Shown here piece by piece: positions 46,075 to 57,881 of a DNA stretch of 64,000 nucleotides; position 1 is the stretch's first letter, and every line of letters starts with the position of its first letter. Source of the stretch: Chlamydiales bacterium (GTDB taxonomy: Bacteria > Chlamydiota > Chlamydiia > Chlamydiales > JAAZZY01); the NCBI GenBank assembly GCA_965206695.1, contig CBDBKM010000011.1, positions 288,001-352,000 on the forward strand, given 5' to 3'. The notes under the pieces were generated by a model, which was given only the letters and a program-made list of their open reading frames with translations, had not been told where the DNA came from and searched no databases. Both the position numbers and the translations under genes were made by a program.

Positions 46075-46099
46075 AGCATCTTACCTCAACGGGGAATAG

Positions 46100-47289
46100 T
46101 TATAATAAACACACAATCTCATCTTGAATATTGCTAAAAATATGAGTCGTATAATCGCTTGCAATAAGTATATCATATTCTAAGCGCACACCAAATTTAC
46201 CCGGTAAATAAATAGTAGGTTCAATAGAAAAACATGTACCGGGGATAACTTCTCTTATTTCTTTGGTTTCAAAACTATCCATTTGAGCTTCACTTCCGTG
46301 TAACTCTATACCGATATTATGCCCTGTTTTATGGATAAAATAATCTCCGTATCCCTCTTGTATAATAACTTCTCTGGCAGCATGATCAACCTCCCGGCCT
46401 AAAAGAGCTTTTTGTGAGCGCATTCTTGTCATCACCAAGTCGGTAGCAGAATCCCCGGCTTTTTTAACTATGTTAAAAACTTTGAGAGGTTCCGGATCCG
46501 GCTCATTAGATACAACTCCTACACGGGTAATATCGGCATATACAGCTCGTTCTATAGTTTGTTTACACCATAAATCGAGAAAGATAAAATCCTCTTTAGC
46601 AATAACTTTATTGGACTTCTTTGTTGCATAATAATGGGGTATTGCTGAATATTTCCCTGCCGCACACATAGGGCTACCCTCACAAACACATCCCTTATTT
46701 TTGATTTGATCAATCATAAATTGTTGAACCTCATAATCAGTAATGGGTTCATTCTTTTGTAATTTTTTTGAAATCAAATCCCATACCTTATCTACTGTTT
46801 GATTTAAAACATTACTTGCAAACTGATGGGTCTTTATCTGATCATCATCCAACACACAGGTAAATAATTGCAGTAAGTCAGCAGAACTAACAATTTCATT
46901 ACATAAGCACGAACCAATTCTATAGTACCGGCATCTACTTTAGACACGTAAGGAATGCTACATCTTGGAGAATATTCCATTGCTATTCTGTCTGTCTTTT
47001 TTATTAATTTCCCAATAGAGGCTTCTAACTCTTGCCAAGAACGATAGAGTAATGTTTGACCAATAAGATGAACCGGAAGGCAATCTTCTACATAAGACCG
47101 AATTTTATAAGGGTCTCCAACGCTCGGTATCCAATAAAAAAAACGTCTTGTTGCATGTGTATCCTTTGGAATTTCTAAAAAGTCCCAAGCCAAATCATTG
47201 GATTTTCTAAAATCATAAAATAACCATCCATCTATCTGATGTTTTATAAGTTCTTTTTTAACAGCTAATATTTTTTCTTCAAAAGACAT
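46100..47289 (-). pseudogene. Xaa-Pro aminopeptidase (M24), split by a frameshift near 46900
   Basis: YADITR, HKTGH, FSIEP, GVRLE in the downstream ORF; N-domain in 46834-47289. Confidence 0.85.
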
Positions 47290-47291
47290 GT

Positions 47292-47860
47292 TTATTTCAA
47301 TAGATGAATTATTTTCTTAAAATAAGGAGATTGACAATGTTGAAGCCATTCAAAAAGAATCATTTCAATCGTAGTAATACGCACTCCACTCACTCTAAAT
47401 TTCTCAATCGCTACCTGAAAATCAAAAGAATTCCCGAAACCTGTTGCATCAGCTATAATAGTCACTTGTTTAGATGAGGCTAATCATTCTTTTGCTGTTT
47501 GCATAAATAGACGCTTTCATCCCAATGCTAAAGCAAAGGGTTTTCTCGCTTCATTATTATAACACATATATGAGTTTCAATGCCCATTAATAACCGGTGA
47601 TTGATAAAAGTATCTCCCATACGGAAAAACTTGCCTTAGAAAAAACAGGAGCATTTGGTGCCGGGTCTTTTAATCCGGTAACCGTATTTCCAAGACCTTT
47701 AGGATAGTGTTCTGTAAAAAAGATAGGGATTTATAATAGATCCATTCCTTGAAGTGTTATCTGCATTTTCTGTAAAATCAATTCATTCTATGGACATGAA
47801 AAATTAATTTTTCTTGCACATCGACAACTAAAAGAGCTGTATCTATTTGATTGTCCGGAT
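47292..47860 (-). pseudogene. Isochorismatase-family hydrolase remnant
   Basis: LLVVDVQEKL, TEHYPKGLG.TV, MGIETHICV|MQTA, with stops and an IS605 left-end insert. Confidence 0.8.
47503..47558 (-). mobile_element. Solo IS200/IS605 left end
   Basis: Hairpin CCC..TGCTAAAGCA..GGG plus TTTTCTCG, inserted 3' of TTAT. Confidence 0.75.
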
Positions 47861-47870
47861 TTACCGTTTG

Positions 47871-48206
47871 CTAACCCAATTTACCTAAGGAACGACCGCC
47901 CAGTAAATGGAAATGCAAATGAAAGACGGTTTGCCCGGCTCCGGCCCCATTATTAGTCAAAAGACGATACCCATCTAAAATATCATATTCCGTTGCAATC
48001 TTTTGCGCTACTAAGACAACTTCCCCTAAAAGATCGAAGTCTTCTTTAACAAGAGTTTGTATGTCTTTTACCGGCTTTTTAGGAACAATTAAAATATGAA
48101 CAGGGGCTTGGGGAGCAATATCTTTAATAGCCAGTATCTTATCATTTTCAAAAACTTTCTCACAAGGCAAGTCCCCTGCAATGATTTTTCCAAATATTGT
48201 ACTCAT
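47871..48206 (-). CDS. hinT: Histidine triad (HIT) nucleotide-binding protein
   Basis: GQTVFHLHFHLLGG. Confidence 0.93.
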   Translation of the reverse strand: MSTIFGKIIAGDLPCEKVFENDKILAIKDIAPQAPVHILIVPKKPVKDIQTLVKEDFDLLGEVVLVAQKIATEYDILDGYRLLTNNGAGAGQTVFHLHFHLLGGRSLGKLG

Positions 48207-49081
48207 GATTTTCCCATTATAGAATCAAAAGCTGTTATGGCATCTTCTTTGGTTTCCCATACTGAAATAAAACATCCTTTATGACAAAACACAGCACCGG
48301 GAATACCACTTACTTCCTTTAATTCTCCTTCCAATAAACCGGCCCATTCTTTGGGATGAGATATACGTACACTCGTTCGATTTGCACTATTGGGAGGAAT
48401 ACCTCTTAATTTCCAATGAGGACCCGATGGCATAATGATAAATTTTGCAGAATGATGATCTCCGTCTAAAGCAAAAAAATTATCCATCCAGGGTATATTT
48501 TCGTCAAAAATCAAGCAATCAGTATATTTTTTCATACATACTCTGACTATTTCTCTATATGTTTGAATGAAATGAAAGCGCTTTCGCATACGATCAATAT
48601 GACCATAAATAAAATCAAAAGCTTCATCAAAAGCTCTATTTCTTACAGAACCGGAGACACCGTACTCTATAGGGTTAAAATTTGCAATAATTAGAGAAAA
48701 GACACAAAACGGTAAATCAGGAGGATTCCGACCATTGTCAAAATCATCTACCCCCCGGATAAGGGCCTTATTGAGGTAATGATATTCCTCTTCTGACATA
48801 AGATTTTCATCTTTTAGATATTCCAAGATCATACCGGCGCTACTTTTTGGACCTTGGTATTCCACTTGGTGATGATCAAATTTTTTTATTTTAGGATCAT
48901 ATACTCCACCAACATCACATACATATTCACATTCAGCTAATAAAACAAGATCTCTTGTTCGTATAATCTTATCAGCATCAATTAAGCCATATAGCGCTAA
49001 TAAGACGCAGGCTGTCACTTCATCAGCATGAAAAACACCACTATGAATCCCAACGCTACGAGGTACCTTTTTATCATTCAT
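48203..49081 (-). CDS. MYG1-family (UPF0160) protein
   Basis: HSGVFHADE, DVGGVYD, FDHHQ, FCHKG. Confidence 0.93.
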   Translation of the reverse strand: MNDKKVPRSVGIHSGVFHADEVTACVLLALYGLIDADKIIRTRDLVLLAECEYVCDVGGVYDPKIKKFDHHQVEYQGPKSSAGMILEYLKDENLMSEEEYHYLNKALIRGVDDFDNGRNPPDLPFCVFSLIIANFNPIEYGVSGSVRNRAFDEAFDFIYGHIDRMRKRFHFIQTYREIVRVCMKKYTDCLIFDENIPWMDNFFALDGDHHSAKFIIMPSGPHWKLRGIPPNSANRTSVRISHPKEWAGLLEGELKEVSGIPGAVFCHKGCFISVWETKEDAITAFDSIMGKS

Positions 49082-49642
49082 CTTATCTTATTCTACGTTC
49101 ATTCCATTTTGACAATTTTATAATCTTAATATGCAAAAAGATTTTCCGCAACAAACATAAAGGGATTGAATGCTCGCTTTTTATGAAATATTTGATACAT
49201 AGCGTTTGTCCTAAAAATACAACCTAAACGCTTTATCTTATATTTTGAATGTAAAAAAAACCTTGCCTGCCTTATTAAGTTCTAGATATTTACGTGCCTA
49301 AAAGCACACGCTATCTAAAAGTTATCAACAGATACTGACAAGTTATAAACAACTTTTCCGCATTGTTTTCTTCTCCTTAAGAAGAAAGTGTATCCTTCAG
49401 TGCAACCCCTTGAAGGTAGCGTCTTAAACCTTTTATTATAAATTATATAAATATAGAAACCCGTATTTGACTACACGAAAAGTTGTCGAATAAATAAAGG
49501 TAAACAATAAACTAATGAGTCATCTATAACCAAATTATCTACAATCTTTCCACAGGTTTTTCGTTTATAATCAGAGATTTACCGTTAATAGGCATACAAA
49601 AAGCGTGCGCCCCATTATTAACGGTTTGTGAAGATGACATAT

Positions 49643-49760
49643 TTGACAGCTCCCAACCCTAAAGGGAAGGGATTCCTAATTCATCGACCACTGCTAACAA
49701 ACAAGCTAGTCTAACATGATCTCCAAAGGCTTAAATTACCGACTGCCCTGCGGTATCGAG
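49643..49760 (-). ncRNA. TnpB omegaRNA overlapping the tnpB 3' end and the right end
   Basis: GCCTTTGGAG...GATGAATTAGGAATCCC..hairpin..TCAA; position expected from IS605 biology. Confidence 0.7.
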
Positions 49761-50834
49761 ATTAATAGATGCATTAAGATCTCTATCGTGTGTTACTTTG
49801 CAGTTTGGACACTGCCGACTTCTCACACTTAAATCTAAAATTTCTATTTGGTACCGGCAGGCAGAGCATAGTTTTGAACCGGCAAAAAATTGATCTAATT
49901 CCACTATATTTCTTCCGTACCATTCACACTTATACTTTAAAAATGTTAAAAACCGGCTCCATCCTGCATCCGATATATGCTTGGAAAGTTTTTTATTTTT
50001 TAACATCTTATTAATATTTAACCCTTCTATCGTGATCGTTTGGTTTTCACGAGCCAACTTTGTAGAAAGTTTATGATGAAAGTCCTGCCTTATATTTTTT
50101 ATCTTCGAATGTATCGAAGCCACCGATCTTCTTTTTTTGAGTCTGTTTTTACCTTTGACTTTAGCTTTGCTAAGAGAACGTTGTTTTCTTTTTAGTCTTT
50201 TCTTATGAAATCTAAAAGGTTTAGGTGCCGTAATCTTTTTCCCTGTAGAAAGAGTTGCGAATGTCGTTAATCCTAAATCTATACCGACAGAATTATTTCT
50301 CTTCTCAAAAGGGATCACTTCTTCTTCTACTAATAGGCTCACAAAATACCTGTCACAAGAGTCTTTTGTGATTGTTATACCTGTTGGTGTACCTAAAAAA
50401 CACCTTGACCAATGTATTTTTAATCTGTCTTTAGATTTTGCAATCTTAAGATTAACCCCATCCCAACTAAATGCTGACTTAGTTAATCGTATTGCCTGCG
50501 TACTGTGTTTGTTTTTAAAGCGAGGGAAATTTGACCTTTTTTTAAAAAAGTTTAAAAAAGCTCTATCAAGATCTCTAAGACTTTGTTGCAGACAAACAGA
50601 AGAAACTTCGTTTAACCAAAGAAACTCTTTGTTTTGCTTAAGACTTGTCAAGAATGCCGATGTTTTAGAATAACTTACATTCTCTTTGTATTCCTGATAT
50701 TTCTTGATCTTAAAGTTTAAAGCTTGATTATATACAACTCCGGAACATCCAAAGCTTTTTGCAAGCAACTCCTTTTGTTTTTTCGTTGGATAGAATCTGA
50801 ATTTATATGCTTTTTTGATCATCATGTATTGCAT
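49731..50834 (-). CDS. tnpB: RNA-guided endonuclease TnpB (possibly degenerate)
   Basis: AYKFRFYPT, GIDLG, IE.L, C..C zinc finger, HDRDLNASIN. Confidence 0.95.
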   Translation of the reverse strand: MQYMMIKKAYKFRFYPTKKQKELLAKSFGCSGVVYNQALNFKIKKYQEYKENVSYSKTSAFLTSLKQNKEFLWLNEVSSVCLQQSLRDLDRAFLNFFKKRSNFPRFKNKHSTQAIRLTKSAFSWDGVNLKIAKSKDRLKIHWSRCFLGTPTGITITKDSCDRYFVSLLVEEEVIPFEKRNNSVGIDLGLTTFATLSTGKKITAPKPFRFHKKRLKRKQRSLSKAKVKGKNRLKKRRSVASIHSKIKNIRQDFHHKLSTKLARENQTITIEGLNINKMLKNKKLSKHISDAGWSRFLTFLKYKCEWYGRNIVELDQFFAGSKLCSACRYQIEILDLSVRSRQCPNCKVTHDRDLNASINLDTAGQSVI

Positions 50835-50854
50835 TATATGTCCGGTATATATAT

Positions 50855-51259
50855 ATTGTCTATCCGGAAAGACGGAAAACCTCTAAAACAGCAGTTTTTA
50901 ACCTTAGTTACCATGTTATTTGGTGTCCTAAATATAGGAGAAAGGTTCTTGAAGGTGATATTGTTGTTCGTTTAAAGGAATTATTAGAATTAAAAGCTCT
51001 ACAACTAAATATAGAGATTCACGAACTGAATATTATGCCTGATCACGTACATATTTTTTTAAATACCAAGCCTATATATTCGCCACAATTTTTCATAGGA
51101 CAACTTAAGGGATATACAAGCCGAATATTAAGGCAAGAATTTTCAAGCTTAAGATCTAAGTTACCCACACTGTGGACACGGTCTTATTATGTTGATAGTG
51201 TTGGAAAATTAAATGAATATACAATCAGAAAGTATATACGGAATCAAAAAAACAAATAG
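50855..51259 (+). CDS. tnpA: IS200-type Y1 transposase (start codon unclear)
   Basis: YHVIWCPKYRRK, PDHVH, LWTRSYY, YIRNQK. Confidence 0.85.
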   Translation: MVYPERRKTSKTAVFNLSYHVIWCPKYRRKVLEGDIVVRLKELLELKALQLNIEIHELNIMPDHVHIFLNTKPIYSPQFFIGQLKGYTSRILRQEFSSLRSKLPTLWTRSYYVDSVGKLNEYTIRKYIRNQKNK

Positions 51260-51419
51260 ACACTTTCAACCCACCCTTAAAAAGGTGGGTTTTCTCGTTT
51301 AATTGTCATAAACTTGTTGCGATTTAAATTTTTAAGAGTTTCTGATAAGTTTTTCCAGAAGAAGAGAGCAGATAATTAAAGGACTTTCAACACAAACTAA
51401 ACTGATACAACTTTTATTA

Positions 51420-51575
51420 CGCAATAAATTTATAGTAGAGCTACCTCAGAATTTTCCCGGTACACAACGATATTCCATATGCCATCACAATGTAGGAAAA
51501 TTAGATTACGATATAAGATCTTGGAAATGTCCCAAGTGCAATACTTTGCATGACAGAGATTTTAATGCAGCTTAA
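51420..51575 (+). pseudogene. tnpB: tnpB C-terminal fragment
   Basis: FPGTQ..S.C...IRSWKCPKCNTLHDRDFNAA. Confidence 0.8.
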
Positions 51576-51582
51576 TAATATA

Positions 51583-52510
51583 TATACTCATTCACATTGG
51601 AATCCGGACAGAATTAAGTTCCGGCACTTGAAATGTATCATTAATTCGTATCTTAAGCGTGTCTCTTAAAATCGGAATTTTGTCTTTAAAAAATTTCCTT
51701 ACCTCGCATTCAAAATCAGTAACTGTATCGTAAAATTTATTATAAGTAACCGCTTCCCTCATCATTTTTCAAAGCCTTTCTATTGCATTTAAATTTGGAG
51801 AATATGGGGATAAATAGAAAAGCTCTATACGTGAAGTCGTTAAATATTCTTGAATCAGTTTGTTTTTATCGGCTCTTCCGTTATCTAAAATAACATATAT
51901 TTTTGAAGCCCGGGAATGCTTCTCTAATCCTTTTAAGAAGTCAATGACCTCACTTCCTCCAATCGTGGAGTATTCTTTTGACTTGATTATCATATCCTCA
52001 AGTCGTAAAGCTCCAATAATAGGCATTCCGGTTTGCTTATTTGTGGTCTTAAGCGTTTTCTTAACCCCTTTTGGGATCCGGCCACATACGGATTGGGATT
52101 GATAATCAGGGTGTACTGCATCAAAAAAATAGATCTCTTCACTATTTTGAAGGCCTGCTTTTAATGCTTCCTGTTCTTTAATAAATTGTGCCTGTTTCTC
52201 TAAGTCAAGCCTACCGGGGACATTAACAGGGCTTTTGAAAACAAAATGATGATGCTTTAGCCAAGCTGTTATCCCTCTTATGCTGTAAGAAATATTATAG
52301 TGTTCTAAGACAGATGCACATACACCCTTAACTTTTCTATCAGTGTATTGAGAAAAATGTTTCACTCGTTCTTTCGTTTGCAGTTTGGATAATTTACCGG
52401 CTGATCCTCCCTTGGGATCAGGCTGAGTTTTTCCTTTTGATTGAAATTCTCTCAAATACCCATAAACACTCGAACGGCTTAAGCGCAGAACATGAGCAAT
52501 GCTCAACCGG
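51583..52510 (-). mobile_element. IS630-family remnant
   Basis: FFDAVHP, ILDNG, YSPNLNAIERL*KM (TGG->TGA); 5' end missing. Confidence 0.85.
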
Positions 52511-52531
52511 GATTATCTGATTTGATTCGAT

Positions 52532-54013
52532 CTAAAAGCCGTATGAAAAGCGAAGGCTGGCATAAGATAGTCTCTCAAAATAGAATTGTCCATCAGCTGA
52601 AAAACCTGCATGATATTCACCAAAGATTCTACACTTTCTTCCTGCACCTCTTAACTTACTCCACTCATATCCTAAAACGTAAGTTGCGTTTGTTGCCCAA
52701 TGTCTAGCTTCTTGGTTTTTAAAATTGGTCGCAACAAAAAATTGACCATACAATCTGTTATAATTAACTATTCTATTAAAAAATCTTAGCTCCGTACCAT
52801 ATTCAAAATAAAGAGGCTGAAGATGAAAGTCATTATCATCATGCATAATCCTCCCAAGTCCTACATATAAACGAAGGTTCTCAGTAATTTGCCACGCTGT
52901 AAATAAATCAATAGCTTCATAACTCGGATTAAATCTTGGGAAATCCGGGTGGCTTTCGATAAACTCATCACCTAAATGAGTAGAAATATGATATAATCTA
53001 AATCGAAATGACCATTTATCTAAAGCCCATGAGAGAGGGATGCCTAAGAAATAATCTGTATTAACCAGCTCTGCCCAATGATTGCCTTTCAGTTTATCCA
53101 TTCGAAAAACAGCCCAAGCCCCACCTTCTATCCCAATCTGAACTTCTGCTTTGATTTTGCCTAAATTAACCCAACGATAAATAGGAAACTCATCTCCATA
53201 GGAAACAATCGTTGCTTGATGTCCTTCATATTCACTCCCTTGCTTCCACTGCCATCGATACCCTAAAGAAGCCACTACAGCTCTAGGGTCTGCAATCAAC
53301 GGAGGAAATAAAACCGTATTTTGAGGAAACCAGACACCCTTGATTTTAGGCTTTTTAGGGGCATAACTCTCTTGAATCTCTTGTACTGCTTCAGAGGTTA
53401 CCCGTCCTTTCACTGATTTAACCCCGGGCATTTTTTCAGTCATAGAAATGATGCTTTTAGCAATAGCCCTATTCGCAGGCAAATCACTTAAGTATACTCG
53501 ATGTTCTCTAACAACAACCCGTACCTTCGTCCCATGAAATTGATCATCGATCATAGCTTGGACATACCCTTCAATATAAGCATCACTTGTATCAGGTATC
53601 TCTTTTGCTTTTCCCTCTAAATCATGACTCATAGGAAGATAAGCTAAATGTTCCGAAATTGGTACCGGAGAGGGAAAAACAACAGTAGAGTGAACAGGAG
53701 TTATCAGGGCTAATGGTAGCCCTCTTAAATTAATCTGATTTAATTGAATAACCTCTTCAACTTCCTCCTGAGCCCATTGATAATTAACTATTTCAGGCTC
53801 TACTTTCTCTTCAAGTGCTTCTTTATTAATTTCTTGACATGAAGAGATTAATGCTTGTTTATAAGGTATATTAAGCTCCTTATTAACTTCAGAGCTAATA
53901 ATTTGAAGGTAAGGGATTTGTATATTGGAATAAAGAAAAGAAAAACTCCAGAAAAGACCATATGATAAGAAGATAAAGCACCTTCGAATCCTTTCGATTA
54001 GATAGTTCATCAT
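52532..54013 (-). CDS. DUF1207-domain protein with a BON-like region (chlamydial outer-membrane type)
   Basis: VWFPQNTVLFPPLIADPR, YHISTHLGDEF, terminal YGF; MPGVKSV. Confidence 0.75.
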   Translation of the reverse strand: MMNYLIERIRRCFIFLSYGLFWSFSFLYSNIQIPYLQIISSEVNKELNIPYKQALISSCQEINKEALEEKVEPEIVNYQWAQEEVEEVIQLNQINLRGLPLALITPVHSTVVFPSPVPISEHLAYLPMSHDLEGKAKEIPDTSDAYIEGYVQAMIDDQFHGTKVRVVVREHRVYLSDLPANRAIAKSIISMTEKMPGVKSVKGRVTSEAVQEIQESYAPKKPKIKGVWFPQNTVLFPPLIADPRAVVASLGYRWQWKQGSEYEGHQATIVSYGDEFPIYRWVNLGKIKAEVQIGIEGGAWAVFRMDKLKGNHWAELVNTDYFLGIPLSWALDKWSFRFRLYHISTHLGDEFIESHPDFPRFNPSYEAIDLFTAWQITENLRLYVGLGRIMHDDNDFHLQPLYFEYGTELRFFNRIVNYNRLYGQFFVATNFKNQEARHWATNATYVLGYEWSKLRGAGRKCRIFGEYHAGFSADGQFYFERLSYASLRFSYGF

Positions 54014-54193
54014 TATATTACCAGAGCCTTATCTGGGTTTTTTGCTCTAAACATTTACTTCTAGATCTAAAATCGTCAAAAAACAAGGGAAATCTAATAA
54101 AATAAAAAAAATTTTCTAATTCGCTGAAGGGGCATGTTGCGATCCGGCTAAATTTCCCGGGATACTTTCCTGTGTATCAGTGCTGTTTTAATC

Positions 54194-54271
54194 ACTCACC
54201 TTACGCACGCCTTCTACTAAGCAGGATACAGAATCAATCCCCCTTTACGAGAGTGCGTGCGTAAGGTGAGT
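54194..54271. mobile_element. 78-bp MITE-like element, preceded by a family-2 MITE end (about 54129-54165)
   Basis: 17-bp perfect TIR ACTCACCTTACGCACGC. Confidence 0.65.
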
Positions 54272-54274
54272 TAT

Positions 54275-56089
54275 TTAATGATTGTATTCATAGAGGATTT
54301 CATCAATTATTTGCTTAGAGTATTCTATTTCCGCATGATTGGTGCCGGGCAATTTGGCGTAGGTTATCAAAGCTTTCCAAAGAATCCAAGCTTTGCTACG
54401 GTGCCAAGTCGCTTGATCAAAAGAAAAAGCGGAACAAAAATGTTGACGGCCGGTTCCTTATAAAGAATGTCCAAGCTATAGCTAAATCACAAGCAGGATC
54501 CCCGATACCTAAGCAACCAAAATCTATTACAGCGCTTAGTTTTTCTTTATTTGGTGAGCAGATTTCCAATAGCAATGTCCCCATGAATCCAAACGGGAGG
54601 TTTATCCCAAGTAGAGGATAAGGCTTGTTCCCATATCTCTGTGATAGTATGAGTATCTATAGTCATTTAATTTTACATTGATAAGATTGCTTGATCAATG
54701 GCGAATGTAAAATTCGTAACTTTTCGTAATATCTCTCTAACTTTATTTTTCATATTAGCCCAATATTTTTCTATAGGATTTAAGTCCGGAGAATAGGGAG
54801 GAAGAAACATAAGCTTACAACCGGCAGATTCTAGTGTTTTCCTGCTTTCCGCTGACTTGTGAAAACCGGCATTGTCAAGAATAAGAACACTACCGGGTGT
54901 AAGCTGAGGAGTCAAAACTTCCTTAAGCCAAATATTGAATAACCCGGTATTACAAGTACCTTCAAAACACATTGGAGATAAAAACTGCCCTTTAGATAGG
55001 GCTGAAATAATATTTTGCCTTATAAAGCGGTTTCCTGAAACCGCTCCAAAAACTTTTTTGCCGCGTAAGCTTCTTCCGGACTCACGAAATAAAAATTGAT
55101 GAATCCCGGTTTCATCGAGATAAATTCTCTTGTCAAAGGGAATATTTTTTAAATCTTTCATAAAAGCTTCCCGTTTCTTTTCATCTCTTTCCTTATAGCG
55201 AGTAGTTTTTTTTTTCGTGTAATTTTTAATCTTTTAAGGGCATAAAAAATCGTTTGCGGAGTGACTGAAAAATAATCAGCAATTTCCGATAAAAAATAAT
55301 CCGGATGTTTTTCTACATATTTAGATAACAACTCATCATCTAATTTCTTATAAGCATATTTTCTGCGGATTGGCTTTAAATGTCCTTTTTGCTTTTTTTG
55401 CAAGATCCATCGATATATTGTTGCGATACCTACTTGAAAAATATGGCCGGCTGTTTTTTTATCATGATGTTTTTCTATATGTTGTCATACTTTCTCTCGA
55501 AGATCTACTGAATAGGCTCTAGGCATTGTTTTGTCCTTACTGTTTGTATAAAAAAAGAAGGATAACATATTATCAAATAAAAATTAAAATACTATATCAT
55601 ATTACTAAGTATTTTTATAGCTTCTCGCACTTCAGCGTTATAGGTTTTCAAAGAGCCTCCACGAAAAAAATTGTGTTTTCCCGAGTTAAGGCCTCCTGTA
55701 GTATCTATCTCCTGTAAAGTAAGTAAAAAATTAGCTAAGTTTTTAACAAATTGAAATAAATTAGTAATAGATGCTTTTGATGCGGGTTGACCTTCAATCC
55801 ATTCATAGATAGACCAATACCAAAGGTATTCTTCAGAAGGCTTGCCCATTGCTACCGGAGAGGGGATTGGTAGTGGCAAAAAAGGAGCTAATTTTGGTAG
55901 CCGGTACTGTTCCTTTTCCACTTGAGCAGTATATTCCAAAGCACCGGGGAGCCTAATAAGCATTTTGTTTCCGAGATGAAAAGTTTTATTATCTCACCCA
56001 CCATATTTTACCACTTTAATTGTTAATCCTGAATATTGGGGAAATTGTGAGAGAATCAATTCTTGTACCAAGGGGATGTCGATATTCAT
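54275..56089 (-). pseudogene. Aminoglycoside phosphotransferase-family gene interrupted by IS630
   Basis: GG*DNKTFHLG, EKEQY.LP.LA, WIHGD..GNLL, VIDFG..GDPACDL; IS inserted at TA. Confidence 0.9.
54660..55594 (-). mobile_element. IS630-family type A copy 2
   Basis: Near-identical to 18015-18950; TA duplication. Confidence 0.95.
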
Positions 56090-56114
56090 TTTGGAGATGG
56101 TTAGGAGCTTAAGT

Positions 56115-57881
56115 CCGACATTCCTAGACCTCTAAACAAGTTTTTCTAATTAAGCCATACATCCTCATTGCAGTCTTTCCAAACAAAACAATAATCTTTT
56201 TCCGAAGACGGGTTAAATTTGTGATCATTTCTTTACAAATTCTCCGGGAAGTCTTCTGAAAAAAACGGATTATTCCGATACCTTCCATAATTTGGAAAAT
56301 CCATCTTAATGTTGGATTTTTGACTTCCTTTCCTAATTGGTTGGGTAATGTCTCTTCTGTTTCTATCAATTTTTGTCGAAGTTGATATTGTCCGATATTA
56401 TAAACCATTAAACACAATGTCATAACCATCATTAATGCTTCAATGCGTCGAGGGGTTTTTAAAAAAATAGAATCAACCATAAACCAAGGATCTTTTAAAA
56501 AGCGAAACCCTCCTTCAACCTTTTGCTGTTCTTTATATTCTTCTAACATCATCTCATCTTTATAATTTTCTCTATCGGTGTCATTCGCAGCTAAAATAAA
56601 CCGTCCTTTTCTATTCATCAGTTTATTAATTTCTTCTTCTTCCCTTTCAAAGCTAGCATGAATCTTGTATCCAACAACTTGTTTTTCCTCTCCTTGTTTA
56701 GGTTTGCCTAATTTACCATATTTTAGAATCGGCAATATCTCACTATTCATGGAATATAAATGATTTTTTTTAGTCAATCTGCCCCAAGCTTTTTTAGCAT
56801 CACTTTCGCATTTAAATTCCTCATTACCCAAATGCCAAAGTTGTTTCTTGAGCTTTTCTTCTGCCTTGGTCAATTTTTTTTCTAATGATTTTATCTCTCT
56901 CTGATAGGCTTGCTCTGAAAAAACCAAAAGCCATCTTTGTTTAATCCCTCCATAAAAAGAGGTGAAGCTGCATGTTTTATATCCTTTCTCCTGATCAATC
57001 CAATCAATTTCTTCTTCCGGTTTTTCTACTAATCTTTTTGCTTCTCCTATTATCTCGGGAACTCGGGTGAGCCATTTATAATCATTATTTTTTAAGAGCT
57101 TTTCTTTTGTGTATAACGCTGAATCGGCAACCCACTTAAACTTTGTTTTTACATCAATCTGTTGTTGAAATTCACTGATTTTTTTGATCGTCTCATGAAA
57201 ACTTGCTTTATCAGAACTATTGCCGTCTAAGGCTTCCATCCATAGAGGCATAGAACTCGGACCATTGGTAACGAGAGAAAGTACAACTTGTTTCAAATCA
57301 GGTCTATGATCTTTAGAATAACCCTGCTTAATCTCAATCACTTGCGGATCATCTTTCACTTCATACGACCCATGAACGGAAAAGCTTGTTGTATCTAGAT
57401 GATGCGTTTTTTGTAGTAAATCATGGTCTAGGGCTATTCCAAAAGAAACTTCAGCAAATAATTTACTGCTCCCATATTTCGCAATATCATCCAAAGCATG
57501 ACCTAAAGTATAATCTGTGAGATCTTCTGCTCGAAGATTGTTGCCAAGTAAATTCTCTATCGATTTAGAAGCAAAAAATTGATGTGTTAGGTAGAGACGT
57601 CTATTAGTAAACCCTAATCCATTCAGAATCATTGCAATTACTGCCTGTCCCGCACTTACTTTTCTTTGTGGATGATTTTTTAATCCGGTATCAATCCTTT
57701 CCGCTACCTTTAGATCGCTGCAAAGTGCTGCAATTAATCCATGGTGATCCATGTTCACTGTTTGAATATTATCTCCTGCAACTTCCGGCATAACTTTTCT
57801 CCTTGTATCAAATAAAAAGTAACAGGATAGGCAATCTATAATTCTAATTCAAAAAAATATCTTACGGTCTAGGAATGTCGG
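56115..57881 (-). mobile_element. IS1634-family element copy 2
   Basis: Same TIRs, TTAAGT duplication, only a few substitutions relative to copy 1. Confidence 0.95.

Larger units (their letters stand above)
49643..51307. mobile_element. IS605-type element with divergent tnpB and tnpA
   Basis: Right end TCAA plus hairpin at 49643-49675; left-end hairpin about 51270-51290 followed by a TTAT target. Confidence 0.92.

Noticed and set aside
40421..55997. TGA at conserved Trp positions (40421, 51769, about 55995), suggesting TGA=Trp recoding
   Set aside because: These occur only in otherwise broken genes. Intact genes use TGG for Trp, and several, such as cyoB and cyoE, end in TGA.
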